From Tubulanus polymorphus (taxonomy: Eukaryota; Animalia; Nemertea), in the NCBI RefSeq assembly GCF_964204645.1, contig NC_134032.1, positions 4,860,175 to 4,924,174 on the forward strand: a stretch of DNA of 64,000 bases, written 5' to 3'. Every line of letters starts with the position of its first letter. Positions within the stretch are counted from its first letter, which is position 1. Positions 19,963 to 32,174 of the stretch are shown here, one piece after another. A program made the translations under genes and the position numbers. The notes under the pieces are model-generated. The model was not told the origin of the DNA. It did not search any database and saw only the letters and a list, made by a program, of their open reading frames with translations.

Positions 19963-22900
19963 TTAACACGCTAGAATCCTTTTCATAATCTCATTTTCTT
20001 TTGTTTCTTCTCTTTTGAATTTTATATATTCATCTAAATTGCAACCATAGGCGACTGTGTGGATTCCATCATCTAAAATATATCTTTTATCATCAAATGG
20101 GTTTAGACTTATCTTTTCAATTTCTTCAATATACATTTCATGATCTTCAGATCTTAAACATTTCATCTTATGTTTTCTAACTTCTTCATTAAATATACAA
20201 TTGATGTAATCTTTAAAATGAATATTCTTTTCTACTACACTTTTGGTTATTCCTTTTAACTTTTAAGCTTCATGTTCTTTAGTTTTATATGAATACATTT
20301 TAGATCTAATACCAATGAACTCTATCATTTCTTCACCACCTAATTCATCCTTAAACTTCCCAGGAACTTTTTTATTATCATTGCTAAACAATTCATGATT
20401 TTTTGGATAGTTACTGAAATCAAAATGGTGTTTTAATATTTTTAAGTCTTTTGTTATGTTATCACTTTTTATCTTTAATATATAACTGTCAGTATCTAGA
20501 TATAATATTTCTATATTTTTTTCTCCAAAATGGGGTTGCAATACATTATAATAGAATTCATACATCAATAGCTTTGAAATTTCTAAAACTGCAGCTCCAA
20601 CATAAATAGGTTTATTGAACTTCATAGAAGTTCTTTTTAATTTAACTGCAGCTAAATTTTCATCGAATATTCTGTTACCTTTGAATTTCGGATACGATTG
20701 TAAATGTCTAATTCTTTTACCATTACTAACTAACTCAATATCATTTCTATTTCTTATGTTTTCACATGTTTTTCCATAAAACGCATTATTCATTAACTTG
20801 AAGTAATCCTTCTCAAAATCAGTTTTAGCTTCAGTTCTCTGTGTAGTATTAAAATCTATATATTTTTCTAACCACTTAGATTGATTAAATGAAATATATC
20901 TATGTACTTTTTTAATATCATTCCTTGATTCAAATAGAATTTTAACATTCTATAATGAACTACATAATTATATTTATCTTCTTGAGTTACCATTAACTTT
21001 TCAGTATGAATATGATTATCGGGTTTAATTCTTTTTTGATAATTTGATAATTCTTCATGTTTAACAGTTTTATGTTCGGGACAATATGCTAGATTTCTAG
21101 ATTTGAATTTAATATTTTCAGGGTATTCTAAATCTACAACAAAGAAGTAACCAGTATCTGAATCATCTGCAATATCTAGGATTCTTTTCTTCCAATCAAA
21201 TTTATCAATTTGTAAAACTTCAGTTATTTCAAACATCCCATAAGGTTGTGGTTCCATCATTGCCCAACCATAAAGATTATTTGCATCTATGTATAATAAT
21301 TTATATCCAGGATTATCATTTACATTGAAATATCTATCACCCAATACACCTGAAACACCTCCTCTTATAGATTTTTCAAATAATAGTAATTGATCTATAT
21401 TTGTTAACAAATCCATTTTTATATTTGTAAATTTTAATCCACAATCCCATGTTAATCCTGGTGATGAATAACAATGACAAGGATCAATATTGAAATATTT
21501 TAGGTTTACATCTCTAAACCTTTCGAATATATCGGTTAATAATAATACATCTGATTTTAAATATAAATCTACTAATTGACCATGATTTTTAATTTCGAAA
21601 TGATTCCAAATATTCAATGTTCTATTATAGACTTCATCTTTAACATATTCATTTTTTAATTCATCATAGAATTGTTCTTTCAATAATTCAGTTATTTTAA
21701 AATCATTATGATTTTTATAGAAAGAATATGGAATTGCACCTTTATATCTCATTAATTTAAAATCATCATAATTTGGGTAATATTCTTTTAATATCTTTAA
21801 TTCATCATCAACTAATGATTTTGATAAGTTATCTAATGAACTATTTAAAAATCTATATGAATCTATAAATCTAAGACAACCAAATTGGAATGATATATAA
21901 TTCTCAGATGTTTTAGCTAACATTCTAAATTTATAAGTTGGTATTTTATCTTTTGATTTATTTGAATTTAATATTTCTATTTCATTATTAATTTCTTCTA
22001 TTTTGTGACATAACTGTTTGATAAATAAATGTGCGTCATACCCCGATAAATTGTGAAATATAACTGGTACAAAGTTAATTTTCTTAGCTTGTAAGTTACA
22101 ATTCTCATGTGCAGCGCCTCTAAACTTTCCATTTAAATGATCATGGTCTCTTACTTTTTTATCTTAATAATTAAATACCTTTTCACAATAATAACATTTA
22201 TCTGCAAACTCAAATGCTTCTTTATCTTCTTCTGTCATTATAATTTCTATATTTGTATTCAATAATTTACTAAATCTTATTTCATATTCAATTAATAAGT
22301 CACAAAAATGATTGATAACATTTTCATTTCTATAATGATAATATTCACTTTCAATTAGTTCTGGATAATCAGATTTAATATATAACCCGAAAGCAGCAGC
22401 TGATTGATGAATCTTTTTAATAGTATTTGTTTTTGGTGGTTCTTCTGAATAATCACTTTCATTAGAATTTAATTTCTTTCTTTTATAATATATATCTTTT
22501 CTATCTTTATCTGTTAATTCTTTATTTAATGATTCAAAATCTCCATATATTACAAATGGTACTTTATTTTTGTAATCATATTTTTTGAATTCTAATATTT
22601 TATCTTTTTCATTTGGTAAAACTAATTTACAATAATCATGATTATCACATAGTTGTTTATGATTTAATAATGTACTTTCATTACTAAATTTATGTAAACA
22701 TTTTCTACATAGATATATTTTATTATGGTGATCACTTTCTGTTCTAAAAAATAAATCGATTTGTTTAATCCACATATAATGATTCTCATAATATAGTATA
22801 TCTATAACATCGTTTGAATCATAATCTTTTGATAGATATAAAGGTTCTAATGTATAATGTTTAATATTATTTCCTTTTGTATTTGGTAATTTAATTAAAT

Positions 22901-23993
22901 CAAATACATTTATTTTAAGATTATTATCTCTTTCTATTTTGGGGATGTTTTTAATTCTAACAGGATACTTATCTATCTTATAATTATTTTCAAATTGTTT
23001 ATAATGAGTTAATCTAAAACTATGTGTAATATCTTCTGTTGGATGTAAACAACTTATTATAGCCCATATAAAACATTTATTATCAAAATTTTGTATATTT
23101 ATTACACCATTAGTTTTAAATGGTAGTTTAATATAACTTGTTCCATTTATACTATCATCTTTATAATATGATAAATTATTTTCATCAATTGGTTTTGATT
23201 TAGTTAACTTATTATATTTTGTGTTATAAACATGTAAAGTTATAAATATTATCTCATCAAATATTAAACCAGATCCTTCAAAATATTTCTCTTCTATTTT
23301 AGTTTTTATTTCATTATAACATTTATTTAATTTATCATCTATATGTTGTTTAGATATAATATGTTGTGAATGAGAATTTATATTATATATTGGTTTATCT
23401 TCAGATTTTATAAACTTTACTTTAACTGATATACTAATTTTAGGATATTCAACATCTGTAATTATTTTTATTATTTCTTTCATATTTTCTAAATGTTTTT
23501 TATTTTCTTCTATTGTTTTACCTTTATGAAATTTAAACTCGATAGCTGCTGGACCAATATCACTTTTAAATGCTTCGGTTATCTCTATATCTTTTTTATT
23601 ATCTAATGAATTAATATAATTTCTTACATCTTCCATGTATGGTCTTTTATTGTTTAATTTATTTTTTATTCTTTTAATTGTCTTCTGTTTCTTATCGTTA
23701 TCATTATCAAAATAATCATCACCTAAAATATCATTATTCTTATTTCTAATATGACTTATAGATTTTAAATGTTCTTTATAATATCTTTTATCACTGAATG
23801 ATTGATTACATGTATCACATTTATATGTTTCCTTTTCATTCTTTAATTCTTCTAATTTAGTTTCTAATATATCATCCTTATATTCTAGTTTCAATTTATT
23901 CTCTAAATGTGTTATAGTTTTATTGTGTCTTGCTTTTTGGGATTTATCTATATCGATATTACATGTTGGGCAGTAGTACTTATTTGCTTCCAT
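19963..23993 (-). pseudogene. Protein-primed-type family B DNA polymerase (zinc fingers, OTU-like protease region, EndoVII-like domain, exonuclease, polymerase) with three lesions
   Basis: YGDFES, RDHDHLNGKFRGAAHENCN, FHNLSGYD, YIDANNLYG, KLMNNAFYGKT, YLDTDS. In-frame TAA at 22164-22166 and 20263-20265, and a 1-bp deletion in the T-run at 20908-20913. Confidence 0.93.
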
Positions 23994-24260
23994 TTTAATA
24001 CTATATTTTTTATTAAAATTGATTTTAGAAGTTCAATGATTTAAATGTTATTCATTTATGTGAATATTTTAAGAGTAATAGGGATAATAGGCTTTCGTAT
24101 CAAAGGTTGAAGGGGCGAGTGAGTAAAAAAATGAAAATAATAATAATTTACAGTTGAATTAGGAGTGTGCGCGACTAATTCAACTGTAAATTATTATTTT
24201 CATTTTTTTACGAGCTCGACCCTTCGACCTTTGGTATGAAAGCCTATTATCCCTATTACT
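23880..24260 (-). repeat. Right terminal inverted repeat (381 bp); hairpin at 24074-24260
   Basis: Reverse complement of 5247-5627; includes the pPolB promoter and first 38 codons. Confidence 0.95.
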
Positions 24261-25509
24261 CATATTGTAGTCTTAACAAAATCGGTGATGAATTCCATTT
24301 TCTTTTTGAATGTTCCAAACTAAACAATATACGAAGAGTTTTCTTAACACCTTTTTATGTAAATAGACCCAACACTTTTAAGATGTCACAATTACTTAAT
24401 TAATCAATCACTTAATTTAATTAATGCTGTAAATAACAATATATTAATTAAACTCGCTAGATTTGTAAATGCTGGTCTCAAGCTACTTAAGTAAAATTAT
24501 TGTATACATATCTGTTATCTCTATTATTATTCTATTCTAAGTTTTAAGTTTTGTAAATTATAAATTTTATTGTACAAATTCTTGTAACCTCTATGTACCA
24601 ATGTTTGGTTAGAGCGAAATAAATAAACCTAAAACCTAACCTAAACCTAAACCTCAACTTCTGAGGGGTCCAGACCTTTTAAACAGTCTTTTTGGTGTTA
24701 TACAAAGATTTAGGATATGTCCAATAGCAATCGTTTCCGATGTACAGGCTATGTTTCACCAGGTTCGCGTACCTCAGACAGATTCGCATTATCTCAGATT
24801 CTTTTGGAAAGAAGATATTAGTGTCCCAGGTTCACCTGATATTTATAAGATGAATGTTCATATATTTTGAGCAAAAGATTCTCCGTGTTGTGCAAACTAT
24901 GCACTAAAGCGTTCTGCACTGGACAATATAGATTCTCATTCTTCGAGTGCTGTAAATGTCGTATTGGATGATTTCAATGTAGATGATTTGTTAGCCTCCG
25001 AAAATGCTGACAAGAGCGCTATTGAGTTAGGGTTTGAAGTGTCAACAATTGTTAGCAAGGGTGGATTTCATTTAACTAAGTGGATTTCAACTAGCCGGAA
25101 AGTTTTGAATGCATTTCCAGAAAACGAGCGGTCCAACCCGTAGCTTAATTTAGATTTTGACGACCTTCCGATTGAGAGAGCTTTGGGCATCAGATGCAAT
25201 GTAAATTCTGATCAGTTTGTATTCAGCCCTGTACTGCATGATCGTCCACCTACTAAGCGGGCTGTACTTAGTTCTGTGTGTTCAATATTTGACCCCATTG
25301 GGTTTCTCTCCCCGTTCACCTTTAGAGCTAAATGTTTGATCCAGAATCTCTGGAGATCAGGGTTAGATTGGGATGAACGAATTGAGGGTCTGTTATTAGA
25401 TAGATGGCGTAACTGGCAGTCAGAATCATGTACCCTAAATTCTTTCAGTATACCGCGTTATTTCGGTCCGCAACCAAGAAATTCTGTGATTGAATTGCAT
25501 GCATTTTCA

Positions 25510-26287
25510 CGGTACTCGAAAAACGCCTAATGAAATACACCGAATCGGAAAACGCATAACGCCTAATTCCTAGAAAATGACCTAATTTCGTAATTGCACC
25601 ATCTACTGAGACTCACAATCCAACTCATCAACGGAACAGTTTGAAAATACATGTGTTTTACGCTTCACGAAACGAGACTACTACTCTAATAAACTTCATT
25701 ATAGGATGATGATAGAATGTCCGCCGTGCAAGCGATCAATCACATAACGCCATAGAAGTGTAAACTGAAACAGTTTACACTTCTATGATAACGCGAAAAC
25801 AAACGCCGCGGTTATAAACCGGCTTTCTTGAATTTTGAAACCGGAATGCATAAATATGGTACAACCTTCGCTCGTAGGTACAACGCACACAGAGACTGAT
25901 AAAATAGCCATTCTCAAAATTATCCTCCAAAAATGTTCACAACCACGCTAATCTTCCGAACCTACCGAACCAATGAGAGACTAAATAATGTCCAGCCCCT
26001 GAACTTCCTTGAACAAAAATAATAAACTATATGTTCCATAAAATGATGTCTTTTATTATCATAATACTCTGTCTTAATATGAAATAATAACACAGATAAG
26101 CCTGCGTAACCAAAGACAGTAGAAACGAAGATGGAACAGGCGGCGCTCCACGCACTCCGACGTGAACTATGTAGCGTTGTGTACATAGTTCACGTAGGGA
26201 TTTAGGTCAATTTCTTGGATGTTACTTGAATTAGGCGTTATGCGTTTTCCGATTCGGTGTTTTTCATTAGGCGTTTTTCGAATACCG
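25510..26287. mobile_element. Non-autonomous Mutator-like (MULE) MITE
   Basis: 9-bp TSD GCATTTTCA (25501-25509, 26288-26296); ~60-bp TIR CGGTA(C/T)TCGAAAAACGCCTAATGAAA.. The superfamily is inferred from TSD length. Confidence 0.85.
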
Positions 26288-27430
26288 GCATTTTCAGATG
26301 CTTCAGAGTCCGGGTTTGGTACAGTTTTGTATATGCGTATTTTGAGTGAAAGCGGTGATGTTCTCTCGTGTCCGTTCGTAGCGAGTAAAACGCATGTAGC
26401 CCCGATAAAACAGAAACTGACAATCCCTAAACTTGAACTGCAGGGTGCAGTCATGTCAGTAAGACTGATTCAATCAGTTTTAACGGAACTTAGATCGCTT
26501 TCATTCTCTAGAGTTGTCTATTGGACAGACTCTGTAACTGTGCGTCGTTACGTTAATAATGAATCGACGCGGTTCAAGACTTTTGTAGCTGTCAGGGTGT
26601 CGGAGATTCGAGAAAGTTCGAATCCCAGTGATTGGCATTACTTAAAATCAGCTGAAAATCCTGCTGATGATTGTACACGTGGTTTATCAGCATCTCAGCT
26701 ATGTGCTGATCATCGCTGGTTATTAGGTCCAGAATTTCTTAGGTCTATGGAGGATTCTTGGCCACAGTATCCTATTGATACTGTCAGTGTATCTAGTGAT
26801 GATGTCAATCTACGTAAGAAAGCGCCTCATCCGAGTAAATGTGCAAATAATACGTGTTCCAGTGTAGTGAACACTCGTTCATTGAATCTCAATAGAATGA
26901 CACTTACAGGTCTAATCGACACGAATACGCTTTCGTCTTATTACGTTCTGCGCCGTAAGGCAGCTTTGATTTTGAGAGCAATTAAGAATTTTGCTGCAGG
27001 TTGTTCTTCCTTCCAAATCGCACCAATTACTGATCTGTGTCTGCGCCTTGAAGAACTCAATGAAGCGGAGTCTGTACTACTCATTGATGCGCAACGAGAT
27101 GTTTATAGTGATGAAATTCGGTCTTTGGATGCCCGTAAGAAAGTTTCAAAACGAAGCTCAATTAGAAATCTTTGCCCATTTTATGATGGAGATTTCATTA
27201 GAGTAGGGGGTAGATTATGTAATGCACCGATTGGTGCTGAAGCTAAACATCAGATTTTATTGCCTCACAGTCACCATGTGTCTTATCTAGTAGTAAAGTA
27301 CATGCATCAAAAGGTGCATCATGCTGGGACGGAGCACGTTGTTGCTTCTACTCGTCTAAGATTTTGGCCCGTGAGGGCGAGGTGTATTGCTAAAAAGGTC
27401 ATACGTGACTGTCGAGTTTGTCATGGACGT

Positions 27431-27661
27431 TGTGGTGAAATACATGCCAGTATGAGATCGCCGACACCACATAAGAGAGATAGAGAGAAACACAGTACTG
27501 CTTGGAATACAGACACGATCTGAGTTTTATTCATAAAATATGACTTGATATATACAACTTTGTCTATAGAAATGCAACGATATGTGACAGAGATTGAGAT
27601 TTGTAACTGAGAACTCAATGTGTGTTGACGGGGCCTAAAGACTATCGTGCGAGTCACGACA
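27431..27661 (-). repeat. 3' LTR of BEL B
   Basis: On the minus strand it runs 5'-TGTCGTG...CACCACA-3', preceded by the purine-rich GGCGGAG, with an internal AATAAA. Confidence 0.7.
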
Positions 27662-27924
27662 CTCCGCCAGCGAAGAAATCTAGAAAGAGACTAACAATTG
27701 AGCATTATATAAACATGATCAAACAAAAACATACAAATACAAAATAGTCTCTAGTTATCAATTATCAGCAAAATACTGATTTATCTTAAGTTTAGCTAAC
27801 TCTGCAGCTCTACGGACAGGTCTAGAAGCTACTTGATCTGTGTCAACTGGATCTGAACAAGTTTTGTTCTCTTCAATGGTGGTATCAATCTCAAGTGGAT
27901 ATAACATTGAAATGGGCCTACTAG

Positions 27925-28881
27925 TTACACCAGTAGCGGTTTGACAGTGGCGGATCTTACTAAACCATCACTACCCCTGTGCAATGTCTGAATTATTCCT
28001 AATTTCCACCTTAGTCGAGGGATATTTTCATCATGTATGATGACAACAGAGCCAGGTTTAGCAATCTCACGATTGTCCCCTGTAAACCTATGATATTCTC
28101 TAAGGTTCGTTAGGTACTCGTTGCGCCAACGCAACCAGAAATGATCAAGAAGCCTGTTTAAATGCAAGTACCTTTTGGCTAGGACTGACCCATCATTTCC
28201 AAACTCCGCATCATCCTCCAAATTATCGATCGGGCATAATTTTGACAATGCGGTGATGCGTCGTCCCCACATCAAATGGGAAGGAGTCAGAGGCTCAGAC
28301 TCCAGATCACTGGATACGTAAACTAACGGTCGATCATTGAGACAAGCTTCTATCTCACACAATACCGTGTACAACTCGACACCAGTAACAGACGTTCTAC
28401 CGAGTACCTTCATCAAACTACTCTTCGTAAGCCCAATCAGCCGTTCCCAGAAGCCTCCATACCAAGGTCCGCGTTTCACTATGAACTTCCAATCGACGTT
28501 TTTCCGAGAAAGAAAATTGTGTACTTTGGTGTCGCGATAAATTCGCCGTAGTTCAGCGTTCGCTCCAATAAAAGCAGTTTGATTGTCAGAAATTAGAAGC
28601 CTTGGTATGGAGCGTCTTGCTGTGAAACGTCTGAAAGAGTGAAGAAAATCTTCGGTAGAATTACTATAAACAAGTTCAATGTGCACAACGCGCCAAACCG
28701 CGCATGTGAATAAACAAACCCAACATTTCACATTGCCCTTAACAATAAAAGGACCACAGTAATCCAGTCCCGTATAACTAAATGCTGGTAGTTCAGACAC
28801 CCTGAATTCTGGTAACGCTGGAGAATCAGGCCGTCGATATGGCAAAGATTGTAACCTTCGGCATGTCACGCAACGTCGCAC
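27925..28881 (-). pseudogene. BEL B integrase core
   Basis: DDE motifs as above; the upstream pol region is interrupted by stops. Confidence 0.85.
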
Positions 28882-29672
28882 ATGAGACTTAATGAACTGA
28901 CGAATTTGTATTATCCAATACCTTTCTCTAATCTAAGCGACCGTTGTAGGAACACCGAGGTGAAATACTCTCAAATGTGCGTCATGTGCTATCAAATCGG
29001 CTAAGCGAGAATGTTTTGGAATAAGAATAGGACATTTCATATCAGATGGTAACGAAGAATTTTGAATGCGTCCCTTACAACGAATTATACCCCTTTCATC
29101 AAGGAACAACTGGAGTTGACCGATTAATGAACAACGTTTCTTCGAACCATTAAGAAGGTAAGTTTTCACGTCATGATACGATACATCTTGCAGCCGTTTA
29201 ATCCACGAACATTCCGCTTCGTCGATTTCAGAAGCATGAAGTTGATGCGTGACGCGTCCATCACCACGACACTTCAGGTTAAATATAAAACGACTGACAA
29301 GTGGTAACTCTCAACAATACAATCAAAGACGAGTAATCATCAATGTTGATCACTTGATCAATAGAACCAGGAACATCTATGATAGGATTCGTATGAATAG
29401 AATCATCATTAATTACATCAGAATGTAACAACGCTGACGTGTCAACAAGAGCAGGACGAAATAAATCGTTGACCAACCAATCTGGACCATGGAGCCACAA
29501 ATCGGACTTCAAATTTTGAACTGAACCACCTCTTGTTAACAAATCAGCCGAGTTGAAAGCTGTAGGACAATAATGCCAGTTTTCAACTGATACGAGAGAC
29601 TTGATCTCTTTTACACGGTTAGAAACAAAAGCAGACAACTTCTTGTTCGAACGAAGCCAGCCAAGTACTATT

Positions 29673-30248
29673 ATGTAGATTTGAATTACTTGTTATAATA
29701 ATCAATTTACAATATTTACAATAATATGTTTTTCTTGTTAATTCATTATATTGTTTTTCTAACTTTTCAACTGTTTCTTTTTTATCTGGTAACGATTTCT
29801 CATATTTTATTTTTTCTAATATATTATTTTTTCTTTCATTGAATTCAGTTTCAAATTTATTAGAAATTTTATCTATATGTACTTTACGAAATTGATGATT
29901 CTCCCAATCTTCTATATTTTCAGGGCTATATTTTATTCGACAAGACTCGCAGAAATGATTTTTTATATTATCCTTATCATAGGATAAGAAAGGTCTTTTC
30001 CAAATAATATCAGGTTCAACTTCAACAGAATTACTATTACTTTCATTACTATCAACATTAAAGGTTGCGCCATTAATTTTACACTTCTCTGAATGTTTTT
30101 TAACATAATTACTTGAGAATAATTTATTACATTTTGGAAAGTTTAGTTTAGGGGGTTTATAATTTTCATCATGTTTTTTCATATGTCGAGCCATATTACT
30201 TTTTCTTAGAAGTTCACCACAAATTTCACATGCTATTTTCTCATCCAT
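29673..30248 (-). pseudogene. Truncated Polinton zinc-finger protein (read-through into BEL B creates the apparent ORF end at 29619)
   Basis: CEICGELLRKSNMARHMKKH, HFCESC, YYCKYC; TAAATG start. Confidence 0.7.
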
Positions 30249-30318
30249 TTATTAAGGAAAAATGTTATTAAAATTAATTTTTAGTGATGAGCGGTAATTT
30301 TTTTATGTTATAAATAAT

Positions 30319-31111
30319 TGTAGAATTAAAAGAATACAGAATATTTGTTGATTCTAGAAAACTTACAAATTATAAATCACATGATTTACTAGTTCAATTA
30401 GATAGAGAATTTAAGAATTGTGTAGATTTAAAATTAGTAAATATAAGTGTATGTAACTCATTTTACAATATATCGGATAAAACTGATGAACATAGAAGCT
30501 TTTTTATTCTTGATAAACTTAGAAATAAAAATTTTCAACTTATGATTACACCAGGATTATATAATTTAGAAACATTAGAGCAAGAAATTAATAGAAAAGC
30601 TCGGATTATGTTAGGTAGTGATTCTAAATTTAATATTAAATTCATAAAAAGTGAGAGCTCTAATAAAATTAAAGTAAAGTTTGATGATGAATATTATAAA
30701 CCTGTTTTATTTATGATAACAAGACATACTTACGTGGTAAAAAAAAACCTTTTGCTAAACTGTTCAACAGGAATTCCTCCAGATAAACATATTGTTGGAA
30801 ACATATACGGTATATCAAATTTAATACCTTTTACGCATTTTTATATTTATTGCAATTTAATTGATCCTACAAAAACATTTGAAGCAACTAAAGATATAAC
30901 TTGTAATTCTAGTATATTAAACATTTTACCATTGAAGAATGTTAAACAATTTGGAACGCAAATAAATTATAATTTAGCTGAATGTGATTTTAAACCTTGT
31001 ATTCCACATTTCAATAATTTTAAATTAGAAATAAGAAATCATAATGGTTATTTAATTGATTTGAATAATTTTCCTGTGATAAATGAATTAGTTATAAGAT
31101 GTAGAGAGTAA
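30319..31111 (+). pseudogene. Minor capsid protein homologue, start codon lost
   Basis: VELKEYRIFVDSRKL from 30320; the C-terminus is near-identical to 18820-19575. Confidence 0.8.
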
Positions 31112-31127
31112 TTTTTTCATTATATAA

Positions 31128-31487
31128 ATGAATATAACTGTTGGACCGAGTATATGTTTTGGGTTTGATTTTAAACGTGAGAAAGAAATGAAATTTAACA
31201 TTAATGATGTAATTACACAAATCAAAAATATTGCATTTTCTAATGAAACAACATTTAAGTATGAAAAAACAATAGATAAAGAAACTTTTAATGTAGAAAA
31301 GATTACTAATTTAATTAGAGAATCTTTAAGATTTTATGAATTACATGAAGATTTTATCATCGATGATATTAAAAAAATAATAATTGAAATATAGACAAAT
31401 GAAACTAGTAATGAAATAAATGTTGAATTAGTCATCACTAAGATAACTAAATATTTTGAAGATAGTATTTTTTTGATTAATAAATGA
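31128..31487 (+). pseudogene. Homologue of 18444-18803 with premature TAG at 31392-31394
   Basis: Direct sequence similarity. Confidence 0.8.
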
Positions 31488-31705
31488 GTGATAATAAGTG
31501 GATAATAACTGGATTATATAATGGAGCATTACTATCAGTTGGAACTGTTGGTTATTCAATGGTATTAAAAAAAGTATTTAAAATGGGAAGTATTAATGTT
31601 GATAGATTTGATATAAATGATATTTTAAAATTAACATTAGCAGTTACTTTATCTAATTTAGCTATTGATTATTTAGAAAAACAAAAATATATTCCTCCCA
31701 TATAA
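31484..31705 (+). CDS. Small hydrophobic protein (homologue of 18226-18447)
   Basis: Intact and near-identical. Confidence 0.78.
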   Translation: MSDNKWIITGLYNGALLSVGTVGYSMVLKKVFKMGSINVDRFDINDILKLTLAVTLSNLAIDYLEKQKYIPPI

Positions 31706-31729
31706 ATACATAATTATTTTACTAAATAA

Positions 31730-32155
31730 ATGGCTTCTTCTGCAGTTATAACTATTATAGGATCGGCAATTGTTAACGCTTTAGCATTTACTGGTGGTGG
31801 ATATTTATTTAAGCATATTGATAAAAATGGTTCATTAACAGAACAAAAAAGACATTACTTAGCATTAGAGAAATACATTAAAGCAGCAGAAGAATATAGA
31901 GAAAAGAGGCAAAACTATATGGATTATATTAACAAGGAATTATATGATCAGAAGATTTCACATAGAGATTTTCAATCAGTTGATGATGCAATGAGTTTAT
32001 ATAACGCGGTAACCAATACAGAAAAATTACATCTATACAAACCTAAATTATCAGATTATTATACCCATAGTAAAGAACAACAGAAATATGAAATAATTTG
32101 GATTTTAGGTGGAACAGTTATTGTTATATTTGTAGCATATACATTTACTAATTAG
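31730..32155 (+). CDS. Small membrane protein (homologue of 17779-18201)
   Basis: Intact and near-identical. Confidence 0.78.
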   Translation: MASSAVITIIGSAIVNALAFTGGGYLFKHIDKNGSLTEQKRHYLALEKYIKAAEEYREKRQNYMDYINKELYDQKISHRDFQSVDDAMSLYNAVTNTEKLHLYKPKLSDYYTHSKEQQKYEIIWILGGTVIVIFVAYTFTN

Positions 32156-32174
32156 TAATTTTTTTTCCAAATAA

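Larger units (their letters stand above)
5247..24260. mobile_element. Full-length Polinton/Maverick-type endogenous virus (copy 1), 19,014 bp
   Basis: 6-bp TSD CATATT (5241-5246, 24261-24266); AG...CT termini; 381-bp TIRs; pPolB, rve integrase, A32-like ATPase and capsid-like genes. Confidence 0.96.
2029..24655 (+). mobile_element. 5'-truncated non-LTR retrotransposon (RTEX-like), interrupted by the Polinton at 5247-24260
   Basis: TSD AACTTC at 2023-2028 and 24656-24661; AATAAA followed by an (AAACCT)n-like tail at 24618-24655; APE endonuclease, RT and CCHC knuckle motifs present. Clade assignment is tentative. Confidence 0.88.
904..27430 (+). mobile_element. BEL/Pao LTR retrotransposon A, degenerate pol split into three pieces (904-2028, 24656-25509, 26288-27430)
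   Basis: Protease ALLDS; RT-region VVFDAAA..EGVSLNREL|LRGPDLLNSL rejoins across the LINE insertion; FDPIGFLSPF; RNase H ELHAF|SDAS rejoins across a MITE; HHCC zinc finger (HQKVHH..CRVC) just before truncation at 27430. Confidence 0.9.
27431..29672 (-). mobile_element. BEL/Pao LTR retrotransposon B, 3' part (RNase H end, integrase, 3' LTR)
   Basis: FVSNRV..WHYCPTAFNSADLLTRG; integrase TGLDYCGPF, ISDNQTAF, GGFWERLIG, PLTPSHL; DUF5641-like FWLRWRNEYL. Confidence 0.9.

Noticed and set aside
19963-23993. Programmed read-through, alternative genetic code or four separate polymerase genes
   Set aside because: TAA is the normal stop in neighbouring genes and one lesion is a frameshift; decay or sequencing error is simpler.
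24620-24655. Interstitial telomeric (TTAGG-like) repeat
   Set aside because: It follows AATAAA and precedes the TSD, so it is the LINE's 3' tail.
26219-27523. Intact 434-aa gene
   Set aside because: The N-terminus comes from a MITE TIR and the C-terminus from the BEL B LTR; the middle is BEL A pol.
29619-30248. Intact 209-aa gene
   Set aside because: Its last ~17 codons are out-of-frame BEL B sequence across a junction.
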